From Eledone cirrhosa (lineage: Eukaryota), in NCBI GenBank assembly GCA_964016885.1, contig OZ024742.1, forward strand, positions 154,814,001-154,878,000: a DNA stretch of 64,000 nt, written 5' to 3'. Both the position numbers and the translations under genes were made by a program. Under the pieces are notes generated by a model that was given only the letters and a program-made list of their open reading frames with translations, was not told the origin of the DNA and searched no databases. How positions within the stretch are numbered: position 1 is the stretch's first letter; each line of letters opens with the position of its first letter. This document shows positions 13,401-26,280 of this stretch, one piece after another.

Positions 13401-14728
13401 ATTATTATTACTACTGAATATATATATATATATATATGTGTGTGTGCGTGTGCGTGTGTGTGTGCGTGTGCATGTGTGTGTGTGTGGGCGGGTTTAAAAC
13501 AAGCATACAATTTGTCTAATTCTTATTTTACCCGAACCCCTCTGAATAAAGAAATATCTTAAGTAGATCAATACGATAAAAGCATTCATAAGTACCAAGC
13601 GACAATGCTACGACACAGGAAAAAGGCTCATGGAGACTGATGTATTGAAATCATTAGATCAATGGTGAAAAGAAGAATGGAACCAAGACAATTGAAATAT
13701 TTTAACCCAAAATAAATGTTGGGTGACGCACTAAAGAGAGAGAGAGAGTGAGAGAGATGAACACCTCTATAATTATTTAGAAACTTAAATTCACGTTCTG
13801 AATCAAGTGAAATTCAGAATCGATAAGAATATATAGCATTTGTTATAATAATCTGCAACCCCTACGCGCAAGTATCAAACGCTGTAGAGGTTGTAATTTG
13901 ATCTGAGCTAAAGAAATTAATTAATAGTATTGAGGAAATATGAACTAGTGGGATTTATACACTCTCTAGCATTTGTGAAGCCTAACAGTTAAAGTAATTT
14001 TGAATGTTTTGGCCGAGTTGTTCGTGATAAGAAGGGGTGAAGATGTGCTGTGATCGTGTCGTTTTTCCGTGAGAAGAAAGTATATTGTCATGTACCAATT
14101 AAAGTGTGTTTACGATGTTTATGTTTGTGAAAGCAGTGCGCCGCTTGTATGCTATATCTAGGTAACGCATGTATGCGAAAAATGAAATGGGTGTAAAACG
14201 TAGCATTATCTCCGAATGAATATATTTGAATGGAAGTAAAATCAATATAAATTATCTATGAAGCCTTTCCGGAGTTGATCGATCTCTTAGTTACATCAAA
14301 CAAACCTCTTTCATACTACACACTACAGTATTAAAGTAAGGGAATATAATAGAATAGAAGAGGTGGTGGTCCGGACTGGAATATATTTAGGCATTGCTAT
14401 ACTCAAATTGGCCTCACTGGGACTAGACAACAGAAAGATGTGAATATATTACCAACATACACATTTCGACATTACATCTTTTCGGAAATTTCGGGTGTTA
14501 TAGTTAAAAGATGTGACTGTTTAACCAAAGACTGGTTAATGAGTACGTTGAGCAGAGTTCTTTCAGGCCAAATTATTTTTTCTTTTCTTTTCTTCTGATA
14601 ATTTAATATACTGCGGCTATGCTAACCAAAATTTCTTTATCATAAAAAATCAGACCACAGCACCACATTAGACGTGACCCTACAAATGTCACGAGAGATG
14701 CACTTCTTTCATTGAACCGGCCAGTGTA

Positions 14729-14757
<29 letters not shown>

Positions 14758-14759
<2 letters not shown>

Positions 14760-15060
14760 TGGTAAAAGGAAAAGAAAATGCTTTTCAAAAATAATTTTGA
14801 GATAAAGCGCCCGTGATGTTTGCTCTAAACTGATTAGTTTTGGAAATTCTACCTGTTTTATGTGAAATAAGTGGCCCCAGATGTATTAAAATAAGTTTCG
14901 CGCCAGTTCGTGTTGCAAAAATTCTTATGGTCAAAACAATTTTGATTGGTCGGTAGGTCACGTGAATGTTAAAAATTGATTTTGCGCCAAATTGATTTTG
15001 TCGAAGAGTGACCTTTTTCGCCTGATTGAGAAGTCACTGAAAAATAAGTCTTTTAAGACA
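14758..15060. repeat. (TA)n-adjacent dispersed repeat related to the 55461 palindrome
   Basis: 14758-14825 matches the start and the end of the left arm at 55461-55653, with the middle deleted. Confidence 0.7.
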
Positions 15061-15179
15061 AATATGTGTGTGTGTGTGTAGTAAAGAGGTTAATTGTTGT
15101 GATAATGGTCAGTAGGGATGTGTGTGTGAATTGCAGTCATGTTGAAAGGTCAACAGTTAAGGTGCCTATTAAGACAAAT

Positions 15180-15204
15180 ATGTGTGTGTTTGTGTGTGTG
15201 TGTG

Positions 15205-15253
<49 letters not shown>

Positions 15254-15361
15254 CAGAGTAATTCGTGGTAGAGGGATCGGTCAGTAGGAATCTGTCTGTA
15301 CGTGTGTGAGGGATATTTTAGCATGTTGAAAGATATATTTAAGCTCTTGTCTTATACGGAA

Positions 15362-15427
<66 letters not shown>

Positions 15428-15452
15428 CTCTTTGTATGTTATTGTACGCGTG

Positions 15453-15500
<48 letters not shown>
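15180..15500. repeat. (TG)n microsatellite cluster
   Basis: Several interrupted TG runs. Further (TA)n/(TG)n/(CT)n tracts lie at 15614-15838 and 16389-16830. Confidence 0.95.
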
Positions 15501-15503
<3 letters not shown>

Positions 15504-15760
15504 ACCAGTATTTTTGTGATACTGGTAAAAATGGTGTACATTATTCGATATTTTCAGCAAAAACGATTCTCTCAAGAGAACATCAAAAACATTAATAATA
15601 AAAGGTGTGAAATGATATATATATATATATATATATATGTACGTAAGTACATATGAAATGTATATGTCAATGTATACTGTTTGTAAGATTGTGTGTATGC
15701 AAGTGTATATATATATATATATGTTTGTGTGTGTGTGCCTGAAAAGTATTATATATGTAC

Positions 15761-15828
<68 letters not shown>

Positions 15829-16405
15829 CGTGTGTGTATACTACTCTCTACTAACATTCACCCAAACGGCTTCCATCTCTACCTCTGACGACCGAAGATC
15901 TACTCCTGGCCATATCATGGCAACGGTTTAGGGAAGAGGCAAGAAAAAGAAGCAAAGAGCAATTTCCGGATCTATAAAACCAGTTGCTCCGGCTAGATAT
16001 AACTGGTCAGTCTTGGTTGGTACACTGTCAATAAGATAGGACTCCTTACTCTGTGCATAGTAACTCAGAAATAAACCTTGTAGTTATCAGGGTGCGCAGC
16101 ATGTCTGGCGGGAGGGAAACACTCCGAGTCTTTGTTACAACATTTGTCTAACAGAGGGCAACTCTGGAGTGAAAACAATGGCTTATGTGATCACTAGTCG
16201 TCTTGTTCAGTTTCTATTACCAGATAGTAATCACTTAGACGATGGAAGATGTGCTTGTGTTGTGGAAGCGATTGTCACTATTATATAATGAAGAACAGCT
16301 ATCGCTTTTGAGATCTTCATGACTGTTTGAAACTCTTGATGTATGCATGTATGTATAGAGAAAGAGAGAACATATGCATGCGCAGACATCTCTCTCTCTC
16401 TCTCG

Positions 16406-16439
<34 letters not shown>

Positions 16440-16446
16440 CCATCTA

Positions 16447-16538
<92 letters not shown>

Positions 16539-16756
16539 GCGTGTGTGTGTGTGTGTGTTTGTGTGTGTGTGTATGTGTGTGTGTGTGTTTGTGAATAGTT
16601 CAGAACTATTTAATTACATAATAAACAACACAACAGTTATTCCATTACCAAAGGTTTCAGGAGACTAGACGTTTCTTTAAGGATCGTTTAGTCTTCTGAA
16701 GCCTTTGGAAATGGAATAATTATATTGTGTTGTTTATTACGTAAATAAATAAAAAA

Positions 16757-16836
<80 letters not shown>

Positions 16837-16869
16837 ATATAAATATTCCAACAGGTACCTACGGAAATA

Positions 16870-16952
16870 TATATGCTTCTTAGTCATGTTTTCTGGATAA
16901 ATAATAGATATCTATTATTAATTATCCAGAAAACATGCCTAAGAAGCATATA
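16870..16952. repeat. Foldback palindrome, about 40-bp arms, no spacer
   Basis: TATATGCTTCTTAGTCATGTTTTCTGGATAA...TAGATATCTA...TTATCCAGAAAACATGCCTAAGAAGCATATA, just after a (TA)n tract. Confidence 0.9.
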
Positions 16953-17049
16953 CATTATAGGAAACAATAATTTTTTTTCTAATGAAAGGAAGGAAAAGAA
17001 AACAACGAAGGAAAAGGAGAGGGTGAGACAGACACTACAACTCAGTCTA

Positions 17050-18060
17050 AGCTGTGCCTCAGCGGCGCCATGCTCATATAATAGTAAAGGCGTTAACTCG
17101 AAGAAAATCCAGAGAGAGACGCAGCAACAGGCAGAGCACACACGGAGCTCCCTCCTCAAGCAGACCGCCGTCTTTATGATTTTACGGAGAAAATTAGCAG
17201 TACGCGGACCAAGCTCACCAGAGCTCTTGATGGAGGCCTGTACAAATAGTAAGCATTCGATCAGGTGGAGCCCAAATTCTTGGCCAACGCTACAAGGTTG
17301 GAGGCAGGGTAGAAACCCGTGCATGCCGCGTCCCAAATTAAGGATTTGTTCAACTGGAAAGGGAGGAGGGCTAATGCGCCAGAATACTTTCCATCACAGG
17401 ATTTGAGGCCACCCAGCTCAAATTGTAACAGGAAACCAGCTGCGTCGTTGTACCTTCAGATGATATCGTTCAGAGCAGCGTGAGTGGGGGGGGGGGACCT
17501 GCCTTGACACAGGCGGTAGGATAATGGGTGCAGAACAAACACCTCGAGAGTAACTGCATATGTGCAGCGCACACTCACCGATACTGAGGCGCTATGCCAT
17601 TGAAATGCGGATTCACCCATCACTAGAGGCAAGAAGAAGCATATAGTGAGAGCAGTAACGGATATGAGGACCTGTGCTCCGGCCCGATCGGAGTGTAACG
17701 ATATTAGGTCTCTGAGGTGGCCGGGAGACTGCTTCCTGAGAAGGACCCCAAGGTTGCTGTCAATCCTCCTCGGACGCGGACATAGCAGCAACGCTCTCAA
17801 TGAGAAGGAAGTCTCTGATATTGGCAGGTGGGTCCAGATGCATGAGCGGAGAGCGACCAGGACATCCGGCGTGGGCTGGAGTACCTTGTCGCTCGAGGCC
17901 AGAAAATACACATCAGCTAAAATATCGACCTCAACTACTTTGCAATTAACTCTGTTACGGATTCGTTTCACACAGTCGGAAGGGCATTGCATGAGCAATG
18001 TTGGCGTATGTGGACAGTGTAGCAGAAGAGAGAAACTGATTGGTAAGCGGTGATAGAAGA
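17050..18060 (-). mobile_element. CRE-clade non-LTR retrotransposon relic (zinc knuckle + REL endonuclease)
   Basis: LHPLSYRLCQGRSPPPTHAALNDII matches the CRE motif 'H.LSC....GR..RH.ALNDII'. The terminal LLLRLSLDFLRVNAF matches 'L.QRLS....RGNA'. Confidence 0.75.
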
Positions 18061-18551
18061 AAGCGGCGTTTTATAAGCCTTGAAGTAAAGGAGAGCACTA
18101 CACCCTCCACTGTCGACACACATACATAGGAATGGTTGTTGTATTAGTAATGATGATTATTGGTAGAATCAACGTTGATTATACTACTGGGTCTGGGTGA
18201 TGGTGACAAAAGGGATGATGGCAATGGCTGAAAAATGCACAATTATTCAAACAAATTAAAAGTCTAGATATATCTGAATAAATAGACAAATAAATAAAGA
18301 ATCTGTGAATGTGATCGTGGCGATTTCAATAATGGCGGTGTAAGTTATTGTTGTAATGAGGAAGTAGCTGGTAATTAAAAGTAGGGTGATGTTGGTGATA
18401 TTATTGATGATAGGATTGACGGGGAAGAGTATATACTGTATCACAATAGTTGTATTGAAACGTCATGAATTAACGGAAATACAATATAAACTCCAGCTAT
18501 GAGGACGGGGAATGTGTTTATTTTCCTGGCGCTGATGATGATGATGAAGAG

Positions 18552-18729
18552 AATAATTGTTTCTACTTTTTGGTACAGGGCCAGTAATTATCCAGTACAT
18601 TACTGGTACTTTATTTTATCGACCCTGTAAGGATGAAAGGCAAAGTTAACCTCGACGGGATTTGAACTCAGACCGTAAAGGGCCGTAACTATGCTGGAAA
18701 GCATGGCGTCCGACCCTCTACCGATACTG
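18552..18729 (-). mobile_element. SINE family A, near full length
   Basis: Reverse complement of the 22767-22957 copy. Confidence 0.9.
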
Positions 18730-18899
18730 AGAATAATGATACCTGACATTTATCAAAGCATTTGAGTACTGCTCTTTTAGTTGGGTCATGGTTAAATGCT
18801 TGCTTATTTAAACAATTTTTTAAATATTATTTTCTTCATAAATTATATTTCTTTAAAATCTATTCCAGTGGTGATGACAGTTTTGCTATTCGGTATGTT

Positions 18900-20700
18900 G
18901 GACATGACTAGGACACAATTCCTAAGAATACAAATATACATTCGATACGATAAATCCAAGTTATACTTATGTAACTCCATTACCACATCGGAATCTGTTT
19001 CAAAACTAGATATATTAGAGGAAAAGTTGACATTGGCATCCTAATATAGTGACAACATATTTAACTGAAAAAGACGATATGTCCCACAATGCCTGAGAAA
19101 AGTATATATCATTAACAAACCACACTAGAATAGATACATTTTAAGGTAAATGCGATATTCCTAGCGACTTATTTACATACTATACACAGATCCATATGGA
19201 TTTGAAAATCAATATCGAAGCTCTATTGGTCACTGTCCAACAAAGCATATCTCAGTGATGTCACAGGGAAAACCCCATTAACATGAGTGAATTTTCCGTA
19301 TTAACCATGGTAATATTTTGGAGCTTCTATATCATTTTTCGAAGGATATTTCTACATTAGGTAAGTCAAATAGTTGTACGTATGCAGTGGATATCATCTA
19401 ATTCAAAGTAAAAGTGTTGACATTATGACTAGGGTTGATTTAAGCAACATGACCAATGTTATGAAAGATTGTTTAGAATATTCCATCATTGATGAAATGT
19501 CTCACAAAAGAAGGGATAAACAAGCCAAAATATATTTCTCTTTCATCACAGAAGTAGAAAAAAGAAGACTTTCATCGGATTCTTTGCAACGTCTTCTAAA
19601 TAAAAGTCAACTATTAATTAGTCAAATATATTTGAAAAAAATATTTGTTAGTGCTGCAAATATGCGTGGAGTACATAGACATTTGGCAACAAGAATAAAT
19701 TAGCTTTCTCCATTTGCTATCAATGCCTATTGTTACAGCTTCCTCTTAAATATTGTTATCCAAGAAACAATGAGAGGTATTGAACTATTCCGCAATGCAT
19801 TAGGAACTATTTAAGGGTTCAACAAATTTCTTTGAATGCATCAAAATCGATGAAATACAAACTTGAAGGAGACAAATAACAAAATCTTATAAGGTTGTCG
19901 TGTAAATGAAGAACAATTAGCTCATATCCTAAAAGCATCGCTTGATTTGACAGTTGGTTAAAACCCCAAAATATATAAAAATAGATGTGTATTATTGAAT
20001 TCCATATCTGATTCTGGCATTTTAATTGGATAAGTTCTGCTGCAAATAACGCTGTCAAACACGAATAACTACAATAAATAACTCCAAGGTAATACTTTAA
20101 ATGTTATAACAGCTAAAATAGCTAGATCAACCAAATAATCTCTTGTTAACATCAGAAATGAGCTTATTGCAGTTTGGATAGGGATTGTGGGTGAAATGGA
20201 ATAACTATTGGTAATCATGAAGATTTATTATGTACACACAGCTATTATTTTCAGCCCTGGGGCGTCATATGATTCAAATGAGGTGCACCAACTACTTATA
20301 ATGCAACATGCCGGTTTATCTGGATCTCTCTAAGGCGAAGAAGGCAGACAATTTAAAATTTGTCAGGTTCTATGTGCATCTTCCAAGAGAATTACAGCCG
20401 ATATTGTTGAAACTCACTACATGAAGAAACTTCATGTCAATCCAACAACTTTCAACGAAATAGCTGGTACAATGCAACAATTCACGTTCTTTAGATCATT
20501 CGTTCAACAACCACATATTAATGAAAACATGTATGAGGATTACAGTGAGTCAACTATACCGAAACAATGAATCAATACTACATATTGGGCAAACGTTTCC
20601 AAAGACATGTTGCCAAATTTATTGACAAGATAATTGCTATTTTTGCAACTAAAAAAAGCAGAAAACAATATTTGTGATATATTTTGGTAAAGTGACTATT
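18900..20700 (+). pseudogene. Decayed hAT transposase (Tip100/Zaphod, ZMYM1-like type)
   Basis: YSIIDE (catalytic D region). SAANMRGVHRHLATRIN*LSPFAINAYCYSFLLNIVIQE...FRNALG matches 'DGAANM.G...G.A.RI....P.A..VHC.AH.LNL'. A TTF-Zn-finger-like start is visible. Many stops; TIRs not identified. Confidence 0.75.
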
Positions 20701-21019
20701 GTATGATTTGTGGTGTGTGTCGTTGATGGAGAAACATATTACATTTGTGTATTTAACTAAGTTAAACTTCTGGAAGTGCAACACTTCAGCTCCTTATCAA
20801 TGAAAGAGACACACAACCCCAAGGACCTTAGTAATTGTCTTCAATATATCAATCTTTATTTGTCGAGTCGCTAATTGTAAACATTTCTGTCCTTGATATC
20901 AGACAGTGGGAACGAATCAAAGCCCTTATGATTTCGAAACGAAATTTGTAACCGCTCAATCACAATTATGTATAATATACATATTTCATACACACAATGG
21001 ACAAATGAATAAATAAATA

Positions 21020-21160
21020 GGTAAGGCTGTGTGGTTGAAGAGTTTGCTACGGAACCATGTGGTTCAAGTTTCGCTCCCAGAGCAAGTCATTTCTACAAAA
21101 GCATTGAGTTGACAAATTCGTTTTGAGTGGAATTTGGTAGACGGAAACGGCAGAATGCGT
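21020..21160 (+). mobile_element. SINE family B (CORE-type, resembling Octopus OR/OK SINEs), degenerate
   Basis: GGCTGTGTGGTTGAAGAGTTTGCT...AACCATGTGGTTC...GCAAGT...TTCTAC...GAGTGGAATTTGGTAGACGGAAAC. A reverse fragment TTTCCGTCTACCAAATTC lies at about 25455. Confidence 0.65.
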
Positions 21161-21541
21161 GCGTGTGTAGGTGTATGTGTGCACGCGCATGTGCGAATTA
21201 TGCGAACGCACGACTGCCGAATGGCTATGAAGACCGCTTCGCAATCACTAGATCCAGAGATCAATACACGTACACGACATCTTGGGCAAGTGATATTTAA
21301 TAAAACCGCAGTTCAAGTACTGACTTATATGTTAAATTGGATACACGGAAACTGTTTCGAAGCCCTTCTGGTGGACTGTTGCTGTAATTGAAACTAGCAG
21401 CCATCTCAAACTGTGTACTGAGCTAGATTTTCCGGAGAATTATATTAAAGATACACGGGTTTATGGACAGTTCAACCACGTGCAGAATATTCAGTCGATC
21501 GAACGACAGGAAAAGTCATCATCAAAACACGCGTACACACG

Positions 21542-21583
<42 letters not shown>

Positions 21584-22487
21584 AGCAATGGCCTCCATAC
21601 TCTTGCATTCCCTGAACATATCCTGTCATATCTTCATGTCTCCCGGCACCGTATACCAACCTTCCTTCTGCTGTGTATATCACCTAATCCACACGTTCAA
21701 CCACACAACCTTTACATTCCCTCCCATTTATTTTATTTTGTGTTCATTTAAATCTTTCTTGGATGTAATTTTACACTAACCTGCCTCACTTGTCTGCCTT
21801 CATCACACATGTTTATCTTTCATCTAGCTCTGCCACTGTCATTAGAATGTTGCTGTCACCCTAACGGCACTCTCCCTCTTTCTTTCTCTCTCCCCCTTTC
21901 TTTATTTCAATGTTTCGCTTCATCTATATCTATCTTTCTATTTATCTAAAGTACATGCGTGCGCCGCCCCACAGTATCCCACATGCTTGTTTTTTTCTGG
22001 CCACTCTCTTTCTAAGTCCCATACATTATAGTTTGATATATATAAATATATATATATCAAACTCCCTACGCATGTATGTATGTAACATACCTGTCTTCTC
22101 TACCATTTTCTCCTATACAAGCATACAGGTATTCACTCTTTTTCCTTACTCATTGTTTCTAGTCTCATTCTCTCTTTATCTGACACACTATCTCTATGGA
22201 CATGTGATTGTATGGCTGTTTTCATTCTTTCTCGCTCAAGTAAGGTTCACTTATTTGTGTGTGTACTTCTACGTATTTTAGCACGGATGTATTTGATTTT
22301 ACATGTGTTTGTGTATGCGTGCACGTGCGTGTGTATATGTATATGGGGAGGGGGGGGGGGGGGGCTTCTTGAGTTCATTATTTTCTTCTTCATCATTCAC
22401 CACAGGCTGACCGGTCATTTCTATCTTGGCGAGGTGTGCCTATATGTGTGTGTCTGTGTATATAAATGCCCCCTTTTGTGGTCATTT

Positions 22488-22968
22488 GCACTGGGTAATT
22501 GCTGGCCTTGTGTCTAAAGTAGAAACAATTATTGAACTCCAGGGATTGGCAGTGTCGGTAGAGGGTCGGACACCATGCTTTGCAGCATAGAGTAACGGCC
22601 CTTTATGATCTGAGTTCATATCCCACTGAGGTTAACTTTGCCTTTCATCATTACGGGGTCGGTAAAATAAAGTACCAGTGACGCACTGGGATCGATTTAA
22701 TCGACTTTTCCTTCCTCCAAAATTACTGGCATTGTGCCTATATAAGTAACCATTATTTAACTCCAAGGGCGGTGGATTGGCAGTATCGGTAGAGGGTCGG
22801 ACGCCATGCTTTCCAGCATAGTTACGTCCCTTTACGATCTGAGTTCAAATCCCGCTGAGGCTGACTTTGCCTTTCATCCTTACGTTGTCGATAAAATAAA
22901 GTACCAGTAATGCATTGCGTAATTGCTGGCCTTGTGCCTAAAGTAGAAACAATTATTTAACTCCAGGG
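22488..22968 (+). mobile_element. Head-to-tail SINE family A array: tail fragment (22488-22533) plus two full copies (22542-22757, 22767-22957)
   Basis: Each full copy has an A-box TGGCAGTRTCGG, a B-box GAGTTCAWATCC and the central domain. Every unit is followed by AACTCCA(G/A)GG. Confidence 0.9.
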
Positions 22969-24091
22969 AAACTCCTATCGTATAAATACATTTTAGTCAC
23001 AGCATTCAGGCCGTTAACATTTCTATTTTATTTATTTTTATTTTTTTTGTAACGAGCAGTGAACATATTACCAGGGTATCTAAAGTAGCCCTTTCTAAGG
23101 CCGTGTGATGTGATTTGAAGCATATTTGGCTGCTTTTTAAAGCAAGAAGAGTATAATAAAAAAAGTAAGAAGAAAACAAAAAAGAAGTGAAGAGTGGATG
23201 GTGACGGTGGTTTTTGAATGAATACAATCCAAATTCCATTGCAGTCGAAGTATTAAATTTGATAGTGTTCAATGAAAAAAGAAAATACAAAACAAACCAT
23301 TCTTGTTATATTGATTGTAAATATAAAGTTGTATATGCATGTATACTTTCATCTGACAGCGTGTTTGTTCATGTTTCTGTGGGTGATTGTGTGGTAGAAC
23401 CGTTTATATTTTCTAGATGCGTGGGTGCTATATTATTTGTTCACTGGTTTCAGTCAATGGATTGTGGGCTGGGTCAACAACTTCAACGGGTTTGGTAGTT
23501 ATGTTAGCCTGCTGCTTAAATTATTGATCTTTATTTGTAGGACCGCTAGGTTCAGGAACATAAAAATATACCACACAAATAACATCAGTGATTAGACAAA
23601 TTACAAGATCAAGACATACACAGTTGTGTACATACACATCCTACATTCATTTGTGTGTGTGGGGGGGGGGAGGGGGGGGTCATTTATGTTATGTTGTATA
23701 CCAATGGGTAAACTGGTGATTCCAGTTAGTAAATGATGATGCCACAATTTAAAGCACACGACGTATGAAAATAATCCATCATAGATGTCCTATCACGTGG
23801 TTGGTGAAGGAACAGTCTGAAATATTTATTAAAAACACATTTTCATCAGATATTGATTGCAGAATGTTATGTAGAGTAATTTGGTTACGGGGAATACAGA
23901 AATACTCTTACATTACTAGTTTTGCAATCAACCCCTGATGGAATCGCGTAAGTCTTGCATTAGATGATTAATCTGGGTCATTGAAATATGTATAGTGTTT
24001 TCGCGGAATTAAAATTTCAAAAGATGTTTCCAGTCCGGCCTTATGCTGATTTTAATGTGTGCGTGTATATATATATATATATATATATATA

Positions 24092-25350
24092 CTTGACCAT
24101 CCGTGACTCGACCCGTTGGGTCACGTTTACTTAAAAATATATCTTTTTAAATGTTGTTAAATTATAAAATAATGTTAAAGTAATTAAAATATACACATAC
24201 ATATCTCTCTTTCAATTTGCCCTTTCACAACCACTTTCTCTCTCTATCTTTTTCTCTCTCTTTATGAAGGTACGCGCAAAAACCTTGTATCTCGGCCTGC
24301 CGAGCTCCGATTTACGCGAAACTTGTTTTATTGCATGTGTATTCCATTTTAGAAGCAACTACCTTTCAAAGTATTTTCCCATTATGCGAGCATTGGGCTG
24401 TATTAAATGACAGGCAAGACCCACTCACAGATTTTTGGTAGTATAACAAAAACCTCAAACAAAACCACACTACCACCACCACATATTTTTAACTCCCGTA
24501 AAATAATTCAAGAAAAGCACACCACCGAAAAACAACATCTCCCACACACCCCAGGGGTTCTAAAAGTGGGGGAGGTGATGCAGAACTTTGTCGTTCTTTA
24601 CAGAAAATGAAAATATTTCTTGTTTCAAAGTAAAAAATATTGTAGTGGGATATAGAGAGGGAGAAAGAATTTGGTGGTCTAGTTAGAATGAGGTATTAGT
24701 GGAATATAGAGAGCGGGAGAGTATCTGTTGGTTTAGTGAAAGAGGAGGAATTGAGAGGGAGTGTAGTATGTAGGGGTAAAGAGTGAGGGGAGAGAGATTA
24801 TGTTTGTTTAATGAGAGATGGGAAATTACAAGAGAGTGAAGTATGTAGTGGTATATGGAGAGGGGAAGAGAATGGGGGGGGGGCTGAGTGAGAGTGGGGG
24901 ATTTGTGAGAGTGAGATGTAGTAGGATATAGAGAGGGGGAGAGAGGTTGTTGGTTTAGTGAGAGAGGCGGAATTAGTGTGATTGTATATGTGTGTGTGTG
25001 TATGTGTGTGTATATATATATATATATACACACACACAAACACACACTCAGAAGCCTTTCCTATTTACCTGGAAATATTCGCTACTCTCTCACAACCACT
25101 TTTCCTCTGTATCTTCCTCTCTATCTTCCTCTCTGTCTGCCTCTCTACTTTTCTCCCTATCTTGTTATCAAGGTACCCGGACAAACGCTTTATCTCGGTA
25201 CCCGTTGCTCACATTATGTGAAACATGTTTTATTCCATTTGAACTTCCATTTCAGGGGAAACATCCTTCAAAGCATTTTCCCATTATGCGCCCTTTTCGC
25301 TGTATTAAGTTACAGATAAGCACACAATCACAGAGTTTTAGAAGTGTATA
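24092..25350 (-). mobile_element. Helitron/Helentron-type non-autonomous element with internal diverged direct repeats
   Basis: The minus-strand end is the hairpin CGTGACCC-AAC-GGGTCGAGTCACG followed by GTCAAGT into (TA)n. Diverged direct repeats lie at about 24223-24388 and 25090-25289. Confidence 0.5.
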
Positions 25351-25356
25351 TATCGT

Positions 25357-25396
<40 letters not shown>

Positions 25397-25689
25397 AGAG
25401 AAACAGAGTGGGAGGGTGGACAAATGAAGATAGAAATGTTGGGATTCTGCTCCGTTTCCGTCTACCAAATTCAAAACAAACTAGAATCCGTGGCTAAAGC
25501 AAATGACGATTCTCTAAACGATGATGGTAAAAGGGATAAAAACTACATTAAGTAATGAAAAAAGGGGGAAGAGGTAATGAAGTGTAGATCTAGCTGTATA
25601 GACAATAAGTGCCATAAATTAGAGGAAAGGGAGGGGAAAGAGGAAGGACTACAGAGAAAGGACAAGGATTATTAGGCAATGAAGAAAGG

Positions 25690-26280
25690 GAAATGGAAGA
25701 GATTAGGGTGAGAATCTCTACACCTAGGCCAGGGCAGTGTTCCGGCTGCACACTGCTGACAAACCTGCGATAGCATTTCCGCGGACAATGTCCAGTGACA
25801 GATTCTGCAACAGCCACCCCACCTCGCGGGGCTCCTTCCTCAGAGGGACGCTGAGGTTCCGATTTTATGGTGGGGCTCGGGTGTTCGGAGTCCTAGAACA
25901 CCTGAAGTCTCGATGCCAACAGGTGTAAAAATAAAGAGGCTGGACAAGCCCCGTTACTTGCTTGTCTTCCTGTCCTCTGCATTTCGAATCGCTGCACCGG
26001 AGTTTGTGGCCGAAGAGGCTAATTTGGAGGAGGGAGGATGTGTCACAGCATGTAAAGGCCCAGACAAATGGGAAGAAGACATCTGGGCACTTGCCATCGA
26101 CGTTGTTGAGATCTGATTGCTTCAGTTGTGATGAGAACGGCTGCATCCAGTCTCCTCAATACGTCATTGAGAGCGGTATGTTGGTGCTACCGGCCTATAC
26201 TCCGGCGGTAGGACAATGGAGGCTGGCTAGGCTCGTCGACATTATCCCATGAGCTATGAACTGGCATTGAGAGTAGTAAA
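25690..26280 (-). mobile_element. Second CRE-clade relic (REL endonuclease C-terminus)
   Basis: PDVFFPFVWAFTCCDT resembles 'PDG....W....WD.TC.DT'. EPREVGWLLQNLSLDIVRGNAIA is the CRE C-terminal signature. Confidence 0.75.

Noticed and set aside
16873-18053. Host protein-coding gene in the 135-180 aa overlapping ORFs
   Set aside because: They are explained by the GC-richer CRE relic on the minus strand and its antisense frames.
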